From: Candidatus Zixiibacteriota bacterium
GTDB lineage: Bacteria > Zixibacteria > MSB-5A5 > WJJR01
DNA length: 15,009 bases
Reading direction: 5' to 3'
NCBI GenBank assembly: GCA_036170655.1
Contig: JAVHPP010000061.1
Coordinates: forward strand, 1 to 15,009
The position numbers and the translations under genes were made by a program. Under the pieces are notes generated by a model. It did not search any database, was not told the DNA's origin, and saw only the letters and a program-made list of their open reading frames with translations. Shown piece by piece: positions 1 to 7,919 of this stretch; positions within the stretch are counted from its first letter, which is position 1; each line of letters begins with the position of its first letter.

Positions 1-2
1 TC

Positions 3-30
3 TTGGCAAATGCCCTTGGCGGCGTATTGT
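3..30 (+). promoter_or_regulatory. Possible sigma70-type promoter for the DUF3857 gene
   Basis: TTGGCA (3-8), 16 nt spacer, TATTGT (25-30) in an AT-richer patch about 35 nt upstream of ATG 67. Confidence 0.3.
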
Positions 31-66
31 AATAGTAGTTGTTGTCCGGGCTGTCGATGACAGGAT

Positions 67-2052
67 ATGCTGGGGAGACGATCAAGAGTGGAGAGCCGGA
101 TTCTGCGGATTGGCCTCTGCTGGAGTCTGGCCACCCTGTTGTCGATGGCGGCGGCACCCGCGCGTTCCGGAGTTGCTTGGGACAGCTATCCGGCGGTTTA
201 TGATCTCGATGAATGGTCTCTGGATTGGTCGCCAACCCACGGACTGACTATTGAGGCCCACCGTGTGGTCCGCGTGAATCGGTCCAGTGGGAGTGTTGCT
301 GGACAGATACGAATCTGGGATACATTCTTCCAGCGACTCAAGTCCTTCGAAGGAAGTGTCCGGGACACGCTGGGACGTGTTCTCTACACGGCTGGATTGA
401 ACGATGTACGGTCGATTGCGCCGTTTTCGGAGTTCCGGTTGTATTCGGGCGACGTTGTGCGCACGGTCGATCTCGCCGCGCCGCAGGCGCCGTACATTTT
501 TGAAGCCCGTTGGGTTGTTGAGATCGACAACCCCTTTTTCTGGCCAGACTGGATTCTGGGCGATGGATTTCCCAGACGAAGGGCTGTCTATCGGGTCGCC
601 GTGCCCCCGGGACAGGGGGTGCACTTCAAACAGGTCCTTCCTGAGCTGTCGAAGAAGTTCGAGAAGCAGGCGCGTCGCGAAGTCACGACTTGGGAGCTTC
701 GCGACTGGGTTATCCCGCAGATATCGGCTGAGAATCACACGATCACTCCCTTGCTCTATGTGGCGCCGGAAGAGTTCCGCGTGGGGTCGGTCAAAGGACG
801 CACCGATTCATGGGATGCGCTGGGACGCTGGTACTGGGCTCTGACCGCCAACCGGCTTGGGTTGTCCAAAGACCAAATGAAGGATGTGAACAAGCGTCTG
901 TCCGAAGTTGTTGGTGCCCGTGCCCAAGCCGCGGCGTTGAAAGACTGGGTGTCGGATGACTGGCGATATGTCGCTATCGAAGTTGGGCTGGGGGGGTGGA
1001 CACCGCACCGCGCCCAAGAGGTCTATGCCAATCGTTATGGTGACTGCAAGGATCTCGTGTTTCTCTGGGTGGCAATGATGCGCGAACGTGGACTGGAGGC
1101 CTATCCGGCGTTGATCCGCGCACGCAACCCGCTGCCGATTGACGTGGGGTTTCCCAAGGATTGGTTCGACCACGTGATGGCCGTCGCCATCATCGACGGC
1201 GATACGCTCTGGGTCGATCCCTCCGACCCGCGTTACCGGCTGGGGACTCTCCCCCCCTCCTGCGAGGCGCGCTGGGCGCTTGTGGTGGGGGAATTCGGCG
1301 GACGGCTGCTGCAGACGCCATCACGGTCCGGTGATGAGAACCGTCAGGTTGTTCGGTGCACCGGTGCACTGGATGAGAGAGGAAATCTGGAGTTCAATGT
1401 GGTGATTACCGCGAAGGGACATTTTGCCCAGATGCTCCCATTCCACGGCAATCTCGACCCGCAGGGAAAGGTTGCCGTCGTCCTTGGGGTCGCTCCACCG
1501 GCGATCAAGGGGACACTGGACGATATCAACGTGCTCTCGTCCGACGAAGTTGCCCTGCATCTCAAGGGACGCATTATCGGATGGGCGGTGGCCGGGCCGA
1601 AACGGATGGTCGTCCGTCCTCGACTCGGAGGCTGGATGGCAACCGACACGTTGCTGGGACGACCTAATCCCGGCTATGTGGAGTTTCCCGAGGACATCTA
1701 CGACACGCTCGTCATCGATTTCCCAGCGGGCTGGATCCCAGAGTTATGGCCTTCGGCTCCGGACGATTCATCTGCCGGTGGTCTGTTCCACGAGCGATGT
1801 GATTTCACGCGTGGACAGATGACTCTGTCCCGCCGTCTGAAATGGGATCGTTCAGACCGTTCGGATGAAGAGCGAATGGCATCAGCGCGTCTGCGCGGTG
1901 ACTACCGCGCCGCCGCCAACGCGGAGTGGGTTTTTCGCAAGGCCGAGGGTGAATCCCGGGCGGATTCATCGAATGGGACAAACGGCGGCAGCGATTCTCT
2001 GGACACGGCGGGAGCAAGGACGGGTGGCGGTCCGGGGAGACATAACCGCTGA
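67..2052 (+). CDS. Secreted DUF3857 + transglutaminase-like (papain-fold) domain protein
   Basis: 661 aa ORF with signal-like N-terminus (RIGLCWSLATLLSMAAAPARS). Family motifs RYVAIEVGLGGWTP, YGDCKD (Cys), FDHV (His) and WVDPS (Asp); C-terminal DUF3858-like beta region. Start could alternatively be GTG 88. Confidence 0.85.
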   Translation: MLGRRSRVESRILRIGLCWSLATLLSMAAAPARSGVAWDSYPAVYDLDEWSLDWSPTHGLTIEAHRVVRVNRSSGSVAGQIRIWDTFFQRLKSFEGSVRDTLGRVLYTAGLNDVRSIAPFSEFRLYSGDVVRTVDLAAPQAPYIFEARWVVEIDNPFFWPDWILGDGFPRRRAVYRVAVPPGQGVHFKQVLPELSKKFEKQARREVTTWELRDWVIPQISAENHTITPLLYVAPEEFRVGSVKGRTDSWDALGRWYWALTANRLGLSKDQMKDVNKRLSEVVGARAQAAALKDWVSDDWRYVAIEVGLGGWTPHRAQEVYANRYGDCKDLVFLWVAMMRERGLEAYPALIRARNPLPIDVGFPKDWFDHVMAVAIIDGDTLWVDPSDPRYRLGTLPPSCEARWALVVGEFGGRLLQTPSRSGDENRQVVRCTGALDERGNLEFNVVITAKGHFAQMLPFHGNLDPQGKVAVVLGVAPPAIKGTLDDINVLSSDEVALHLKGRIIGWAVAGPKRMVVRPRLGGWMATDTLLGRPNPGYVEFPEDIYDTLVIDFPAGWIPELWPSAPDDSSAGGLFHERCDFTRGQMTLSRRLKWDRSDRSDEERMASARLRGDYRAAANAEWVFRKAEGESRADSSNGTNGGSDSLDTAGARTGGGPGRHNR

Positions 2053-2094
2053 GCGGGTGCGGATCTGTCTCGCCATGGCTGTCTCGGGGCTCCG

Positions 2095-3252
2095 TCAGAT
2101 GCCCGCGATTCGGATTCCTCTTTGGGTGAGTTCGCGGATAAACTCGTCGGCATCGACCGCGATTTCCTGCGGGATCACTCCTTTTGTCTGGACGCGGCCA
2201 TCACATTGCATCTGTAAGACGATTGCAGCGGGGAACGCTGTCATACGCATCATTGATGTCAGTCCGTTGACGGGATCGTATTCATCAATGATTTCGAGCC
2301 GGTGCGTCCGCGGGTGACCCGATTCCATGCCGGCGAACTCGACCCGCACAACGGTACGATCTTTCTGGCACAGGGGAACTGTGGCGGCAATACATTCGGC
2401 GACGAGGTGACGCGGCACGACGGTGTGCCCGTTGATGGCGACCGGATCGGACGAGAAGAGCCCGAGATGGTACAGCCACTGCATGGCCCGGGCGTGGCCG
2501 GGATAGCGAAGAGTCTTGTAGTCCAAGTTCTTCAAGCGGCTCCGAAATGTCTCGGGCAGCGTCGATGTGCCTCCTGACGTGTTGAACGCTTCCAGTGTCC
2601 CAACCGGGCTGGCAAACTCGACACACTCGACATCGCCCAAGGGCTGACCGGTGACGACCTCGCCATCACGGAGAAGTACGGGCGGCTCCACGTATTCATT
2701 GATCAGACCTTCAACGGAGAACAGCCGTTCATACAGGAAAGGTTCCAACGGTTCAAGGGGGAGTCCGCCGACCCGGATTCTCACTGTGTCGGCCCAGGGG
2801 AATCGTTGCAGTCCCCATGCGGTCAGCATGGACACCATACCCGGCGCCAGGCCGCAGTCGGGAATGATGGAGATCCCGTATCGGCGGGCATCCTCGGATA
2901 GGGCACGCTGGGCAGCGACGACATCGTTGTTGCCGCCCAAGTCAACCATGTGTGTCCTGGTGGCAATGGCGATCTGTGCGAAAGCGAGATTAAAACCGTA
3001 GTGTATGGCACACAAGACACCATCGGCCTCGCGCATCAGCTTTGACACGTGTTCCCCGTCTCGCACATCACAGCGCTGCGTGCGTATCCGAGAATCCTGG
3101 TTGTGTTTCGCACCGGGGAGTCGTTCCCGGAAAGTTGCCAACGCGGAGTCGGATGCGTCCGCAACGGTCAGCGTGGTGACGGCCGGGTTTTTCAGCAGGT
3201 CGCAGGCCGCGCCGCGTGCCATCAGTCCCGCGCCCAGTATCAATATCTGCAT
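2095..3252 (-). CDS. Saccharopine dehydrogenase family / lysine 6-dehydrogenase-like NAD(P)-dependent oxidoreductase
   Basis: 385 aa; Rossmann motif ILILGAGLMA, plus VDLGGN, PDCGLAPG, VGGLP, FSVEGLINEY, LEAFNTSGG, YKTLRYPGH and MMRMTAFPA; GGGAG RBS just upstream of the ATG. Confidence 0.9.
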   Translation of the reverse strand: MQILILGAGLMARGAACDLLKNPAVTTLTVADASDSALATFRERLPGAKHNQDSRIRTQRCDVRDGEHVSKLMREADGVLCAIHYGFNLAFAQIAIATRTHMVDLGGNNDVVAAQRALSEDARRYGISIIPDCGLAPGMVSMLTAWGLQRFPWADTVRIRVGGLPLEPLEPFLYERLFSVEGLINEYVEPPVLLRDGEVVTGQPLGDVECVEFASPVGTLEAFNTSGGTSTLPETFRSRLKNLDYKTLRYPGHARAMQWLYHLGLFSSDPVAINGHTVVPRHLVAECIAATVPLCQKDRTVVRVEFAGMESGHPRTHRLEIIDEYDPVNGLTSMMRMTAFPAAIVLQMQCDGRVQTKGVIPQEIAVDADEFIRELTQRGIRIAGI

Positions 3253-3290
3253 CTACTCCCTCCCTCCCGCTGCAACTGCGGCGGGACTGC

Positions 3291-3299
3291 AGCATAACA
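3291..3299 (-). promoter_or_regulatory. Putative extended -10 (TGnTATGCT) for the dehydrogenase gene
   Basis: Minus strand reads TTTG-T-TATGCT about 40 nt upstream of the ATG at 3252; -35 is weak. Confidence 0.35.
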
Positions 3300-3476
3300 A
3301 ATCCCCCCGCCCATCTCCAGTACGCTTGTCATTCTGTGTCTGCCTCGGCGGACTCAGAACCCTGTTCGCGGCGGAACAGTGAGAAACCGGATTTGTTTCC
3401 ATAATGGAGTGCGGTGATGTTTACTGAGGCGCCAATAGCGTCCGTGCAATCCCTTGACTACCTTCATGTTCAATCC

Positions 3477-3504
3477 TTGACAAGAGAACGCAAACTGGTA
3501 TATT
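3477..3504 (+). promoter_or_regulatory. Sigma70-type promoter of the S8 protease cluster
   Basis: Perfect TTGACA (3477-3482), 16 nt spacer ending in TGn, TATATT (3499-3504). Lies inside the ORF-track 5' extension, which argues that the true start is downstream. Confidence 0.65.
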
Positions 3505-3620
3505 CAATGCAGAAAGGCGCTAAGGCGTTCGCGCCGGTTCTTGACCATACACTGAGAGTGCACGCGCCGGATACCTCACTTTCGAGCCGCGTCCCGGATG
3601 TCAACAGTTGGAGAGCAATG

Positions 3621-5789
3621 ATGCGTAAGAATGTGTGCGCTTGGACGACAGTCGTGGTGTCATTCTTGTTCACAGCAAGTACAGCACATGGTCGAAGTCC
3701 GAGTGAGTTGGTTGCGACGTATCGGCCGCTCCCGCCGGTTGTCAAACCGGCTGAGATCCGGATCAGCCCGAATGCTGGCCCGGGAGACATCGTGGTCAAG
3801 TTTCGTCGCGGTCTGCCCGTGGAATCGGCGACCACCCGTTTGGGAGGTCCGGCTGCGTCAAGAGTCAGGCAGGTGTTCCGTGATTATCAGATCCCGGAAC
3901 CCTTACCGTCGATCCCTGGTGATCCGTCAGCGATACGCACGCGTCGCATGGCCGATGAGGATCGTGTGCAAATGAATCTGCCGGATCTCTCGCTTTACTT
4001 CCATGCGTCTGTTATCGATCCGGCGCTGGCAGAGACAGTTATACGCGAGTTGAATGCGCTCGATGAAGTTGAGATTGCCTACTTCCAGCCGCGTCCGGAA
4101 GTGGCTGCTTTCAAGGGCGCAAGCACGGCGCCAAATTTTGAAGGTGGACAAACATACCTTGATCAGGCTCCATCGGGTGTTTCTGCGCGCGCTGCGTGGT
4201 CGCTGCCGGGTGGCGCGGGGAATGGGATTCGCATCTTTGATGTCGAATACGGATGGCAACTGACGCATGAAGATCTCTCGAAGGGAGCCACGGCGGTCGT
4301 CATCAGTGGCAACAGCAGCGACAACGATCACGGAACGGCTGTCATGGGCGAGATGGTCTCCGACCTGAATGGTTTTGGGATGAGCGGCATCGCCCATGAT
4401 GCCCAGATAGGCACATCCTCCGTGTCAACACAGAGTGTCGAGGGCGCGATACAGGCAGCGACGCTGGCGGCGGGCCCCGGGGATCTCATCTTGATCGAAT
4501 TGCACTCCCCCGGTCCTCATTACGATGGCCAGGGCAGAGACGACCAACTGGGTTATGTGGCGATGGAGTACTTCCAAGCGGTCTTCGATGCTATTCTCAA
4601 CGCTTACGCGCACGGCGTGATCGTCTGCGAAGCGGCGGGGAACGGTGCGGAGAATTTTGATGATGCCAGCTTGTACGGTTCTCTGTTCGACACGACCTTT
4701 CGCAATTCACACGCGATCATCTGCGGCGCCGGATATCCCCCGTACCCGGGGAACCCGGACCGCTACAGGCTTGGGTTCTCCAATTATGGGGCACGGGTGA
4801 ATCTTCAGGGATACGGCATTTCGGTCTACTCAACAGGGTACGGCGATCTCTACAATGGCGGTTCCAAGGATTCCTGGTACACCAGTGGTTTCAGCGGGAC
4901 TTCGTCGGCTTCGCCGATCGTCACGGGAAGCGTCGCCTGTCTATCGGGGGTGTTCAAGCAGATGCTGGGGGCAACCATTGATGCAGATTCCGTACGGAGT
5001 CTGCTGGTGGCTACGGGATCGCCGCAGCCGACGCCCAACCAGGCATGGCACATTGGACCGCGCCCCGACCTTTACGCCGCATTGGGATCATTCGTCAGCG
5101 CCACCGACTCGATCTGGTATGGTCATATCGATCTGCCGGTGGGCAGCGAAGTAGCGTTCCCCGTGTCATTGTCCAATGCCAGCCCCGTTCGCGAGATATA
5201 CCTGCCGTTCAAGCTGACTGGTCCGGCCACCATTTTCATCGACTCTCTGACACGTGGGCCACGCACCAGCGGATTTGACATTGTTCAGACGCTCTTCGAT
5301 AATCGTTTCAACGGCGAGATGGGCTATCTCATGAAGGCCGATGCCGTCGGAGATGCACCGTCGTTGTCAGCGGGATCGGGGGTCGTCGCCAATCTGTGGG
5401 TGCGCGCTGCCTATGATGATATTCCTGGACAGGCCAAAGCGGTCGACTCGGCTTGGTTAGGGCAGTCGACTCGTTTGCGTCTCGTATCGTTCTTTGATGA
5501 TAAGTCTCCCGATTACTTCTCCGCGGGATCGGTCACTATCACACCTTCGTTGTGCGATTGCTCCCACCATGGCGACATCAACGGGGACTTGGTGTTCGAT
5601 GTTCTCGATATTGTCGCCATGATTGACATCACTTTCCAGGGAGGCACTCCGGCGCCGACTGATCCTATATGCCCGCACGCGACGCGCGCGGACGACAACT
5701 GCGACGGGATCGTCGATGTCCTCGATGTCGTGTATGCCATTGAGCTGGTTTTCCAGGGTGGGGCGCCGCCTTGCAATCCTTGCGGGTGA
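3621..5789 (+). CDS. Secreted S8 serine peptidase (DVEYGW-type subfamily) with cohesin-like domain and C-terminal dockerin-like domain
   Basis: Start revised from 3414 to ATG 3621 (or 3618) after GGAGAG RBS (3610-3615); signal peptide MRKNVCAWTTVVVSFLFTASTAHG; prodomain; triad FDVEYG (4239), DHGTAVMG (4329), GTSSASP (4902); oxyanion AAGNG; beta-sandwich 5106-5543; twin EF-hand DxNxDxxxDVLD repeats 5553-5786. Confidence 0.9.
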   Translation: MRKNVCAWTTVVVSFLFTASTAHGRSPSELVATYRPLPPVVKPAEIRISPNAGPGDIVVKFRRGLPVESATTRLGGPAASRVRQVFRDYQIPEPLPSIPGDPSAIRTRRMADEDRVQMNLPDLSLYFHASVIDPALAETVIRELNALDEVEIAYFQPRPEVAAFKGASTAPNFEGGQTYLDQAPSGVSARAAWSLPGGAGNGIRIFDVEYGWQLTHEDLSKGATAVVISGNSSDNDHGTAVMGEMVSDLNGFGMSGIAHDAQIGTSSVSTQSVEGAIQAATLAAGPGDLILIELHSPGPHYDGQGRDDQLGYVAMEYFQAVFDAILNAYAHGVIVCEAAGNGAENFDDASLYGSLFDTTFRNSHAIICGAGYPPYPGNPDRYRLGFSNYGARVNLQGYGISVYSTGYGDLYNGGSKDSWYTSGFSGTSSASPIVTGSVACLSGVFKQMLGATIDADSVRSLLVATGSPQPTPNQAWHIGPRPDLYAALGSFVSATDSIWYGHIDLPVGSEVAFPVSLSNASPVREIYLPFKLTGPATIFIDSLTRGPRTSGFDIVQTLFDNRFNGEMGYLMKADAVGDAPSLSAGSGVVANLWVRAAYDDIPGQAKAVDSAWLGQSTRLRLVSFFDDKSPDYFSAGSVTITPSLCDCSHHGDINGDLVFDVLDIVAMIDITFQGGTPAPTDPICPHATRADDNCDGIVDVLDVVYAIELVFQGGAPPCNPCG

Positions 5790-5822
5790 ATTCAGCGGGG
5801 GGAAGAGAAGAGGCAGAGTGGA

Positions 5823-7784
5823 ATGAGAATGTTGAGCAAGAGATCCGTGGCGAGGGGCGGGATCGGCATGTTCATCCTGTTGCTCTGGTCTGTGGGTATT
5901 GGCACCGTCCTCACGTACGCGGCCGCCGAGTATGATCGCACCCGGGTCGTTGTGAAGCTGGCACCCATGTCCGGACAGGCGCGCCAGGTGACTCCGGGCA
6001 GCAGCGGACGCAGTCAATTCGACCAGGCGATGTCGGACTTGGGAGTCAAACAGATTCGGCAGATCTTCCCACCCGTGGCATCGTCTCATCCGCTCGCTGC
6101 CCGAGCGACAATGAACCGGATGGCGGACTATGTCCTTGTTCGGATTCCCGTCGGTATTGAGCCGGACCTTGTCTTGCAGTATCTCTCGTCCCTGCGCGAT
6201 GTTGAATCGGCCGAGTTTGACGGCATTGCTCACATCGAGGAAGGCGGGGTGACTCCGAACGATCCCTACTATGCGACACATCAGTACGCGCTGCGCAACA
6301 CCGGTGTCCAGCCGCCGTACGACCCAGGCACCGCAGGCGCCGATGTCGACATGGAAGCGGCATGGGCATTCACGACCGGCGACACCGGCGTCGTGATTGC
6401 GATCGTCGATACCGGAATCGACATGCTGCACCCTGATCTTGCGGGCAAGATCTGGGTCAACGTGGACGAATTGCCCGACGAATTCGACAATGACCATAAT
6501 GGCTACCCCGGAGACGTCAATGGCTGGAACTTCGTGCACAACACGCCTTTTCCGATGGATGATCATTCGCACGGAACGCACGTGGCCGGGATCGCAGGTG
6601 CAATCGGGAACAACGGGATCGGAATCGCCGGCATGGATTCGCAGTGCCGTTTGATGCCGGTCAAGGTGCTGTCGTCTTCCGGCTCCGGTTCCAGCGCGGA
6701 TGTGGCATCGGGGATCTACTACGCGGCCAACAACGGCGCAGATGTCATCAATCTCTCCCTTGGTTCCAATCAGAGCTCCGGAGTCGAGGAAGCCGCCATC
6801 GACTATGCCTACGCGGCCGGTGTGACCATCTGTGCCGCCATGGGTAACGACAGCACGGGAGTCCCTCTTTACCCGGCAGCCAATTTGAATGTGATCGCCG
6901 TCGGCGCGACAGACTCGGATGACCGCCGCGCGCTGCCGTTTTGTTTTTCGCCGTCATCCGGCTCGAATTATGGGAGTTGGATCGACGTCTGCGCGCCCGG
7001 TGACAATGTCTGGTCGACCGTGCCGGTCAGCATGGGAAGCTACGCGAACAAGTGCGGCACTTCGATGGCGACGCCCCATGTGGCCGGGCTGGCGGCGCTG
7101 GTCAAGGCGTTGCGTCCGGGATTCACGCCCGCCCAAGTAAAGAACATCATCGAACTGGGGGCTGAAGACCAAGTGGGCCGCCCCACAGAGGATACCCCGG
7201 GCTTTGATATCTATCACGGCTGGGGGCGCATCAATGGGCGTGCCACTCTGCAGGCGCTGGCGGCTGCCCTACCACCCATGCTCACCGTGCCCGGTTCACA
7301 GACCATCACCGAGTTGGACACGCTGCGTTTCGTTATCTCGGCCATTGATTCGAACTTCACCATGCCGACGCTTTCGATGCTGGCGCTCGCCAACGCTATG
7401 TTGGTTGATAGTGGCAATGGGAGCGGAGTGTTCACGTTCGTGCCGGATGTTACCCAGCAGGGTCCCCATGTGCTCACTGTTATCGCCAGTGACGGCGCCT
7501 TGGCCGACACGGAGCTGGTCGCCATCACGGTGGGGGATACCTGCCTATGTCAGAAGCACGGTGATGTCAACGGCGACGGCGTCATGGATGTGCTGGACGT
7601 GGTGGAAGCGATCGATGGTGTGTTTCAGGGCGCAACACCGCCGCCCCAAGATGCCGACTGCCCGATGCATATTCACCGTGGTGATTTCAACTGCGATAGC
7701 ACTTACGATGTGCTGGACGTGGTGGCACTGATAGACCATGTGTTCCAGGGAGCGGCAGGACCCTGTCGTCCATGCCTCCTCTGA
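5823..7784 (+). CDS. Secreted subtilisin-like S8 peptidase with Ig/cadherin-like domain and C-terminal dockerin-like domain
   Basis: 653 aa; signal peptide; prodomain; IAIVDTG, DDHSHGTHVAG, AMGND, GTSMATPHVAG; Ca loop DEFDNDHNGYPGDVNGWNF; Ig-like unit 7272-7538; dockerin 7542-7781; begins 33 nt after the previous stop. Confidence 0.92.
   Translation: MRMLSKRSVARGGIGMFILLLWSVGIGTVLTYAAAEYDRTRVVVKLAPMSGQARQVTPGSSGRSQFDQAMSDLGVKQIRQIFPPVASSHPLAARATMNRMADYVLVRIPVGIEPDLVLQYLSSLRDVESAEFDGIAHIEEGGVTPNDPYYATHQYALRNTGVQPPYDPGTAGADVDMEAAWAFTTGDTGVVIAIVDTGIDMLHPDLAGKIWVNVDELPDEFDNDHNGYPGDVNGWNFVHNTPFPMDDHSHGTHVAGIAGAIGNNGIGIAGMDSQCRLMPVKVLSSSGSGSSADVASGIYYAANNGADVINLSLGSNQSSGVEEAAIDYAYAAGVTICAAMGNDSTGVPLYPAANLNVIAVGATDSDDRRALPFCFSPSSGSNYGSWIDVCAPGDNVWSTVPVSMGSYANKCGTSMATPHVAGLAALVKALRPGFTPAQVKNIIELGAEDQVGRPTEDTPGFDIYHGWGRINGRATLQALAAALPPMLTVPGSQTITELDTLRFVISAIDSNFTMPTLSMLALANAMLVDSGNGSGVFTFVPDVTQQGPHVLTVIASDGALADTELVAITVGDTCLCQKHGDVNGDGVMDVLDVVEAIDGVFQGATPPPQDADCPMHIHRGDFNCDSTYDVLDVVALIDHVFQGAAGPCRPCLL
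7587..7725 (+). repeat. Exact 19-bp direct repeat GATGTGCTGGACGTGGTGG in the two halves of dockerin 2
   Basis: Copies at 7587-7605 and 7707-7725, 120 nt apart, encoding DVLDVV. Confidence 0.85.
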
Positions 7785-7887
7785 CGAGCGCATTGGATCG
7801 GATAGATCTGCGGTCCCGATATTCCCGCATCGTTGGGCTTGTCCGCTGATTATGCCGTGTGTTCTGACCCGTGATGACGGGGCGGTT

Positions 7888-7896
7888 TGCCATAAT
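7888..7896 (+). promoter_or_regulatory. Possible extended -10 (TGcCATAAT) for the third protease gene
   Basis: In the 135-nt gap, 23 nt before ATG 7920; no well-spaced -35. Confidence 0.3.
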
Positions 7897-7919
7897 GCCA
7901 TGAAACGACCCTGGATCCC

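Noticed and set aside
2053..2094. Terminator between the convergent DUF3857 and dehydrogenase genes
   Set aside because: Only a short CTGTCTCG duplication; no convincing stem or U-tract
3253..3470. Lysine riboswitch upstream of the lysine/saccharopine dehydrogenase-like gene
   Set aside because: No recognisable L-box consensus on the minus strand, and the likely promoter leaves only a short leader
3414..3617. 68-codon N-terminal extension of protease 1 in the ORF track
   Set aside because: Contains a consensus promoter; the RBS and signal peptide point to 3618/3621
5457..6581. 374-aa antisense ORF
   Set aside because: Shadow of the S8 genes caused by GC-rich codon bias; no recognisable motifs
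5553..7781. Diversity-generating retroelement template/variable repeat pair among the dockerin tails
   Set aside because: Differences are not adenine-specific, identity is modest, and no reverse transcriptase is in the window
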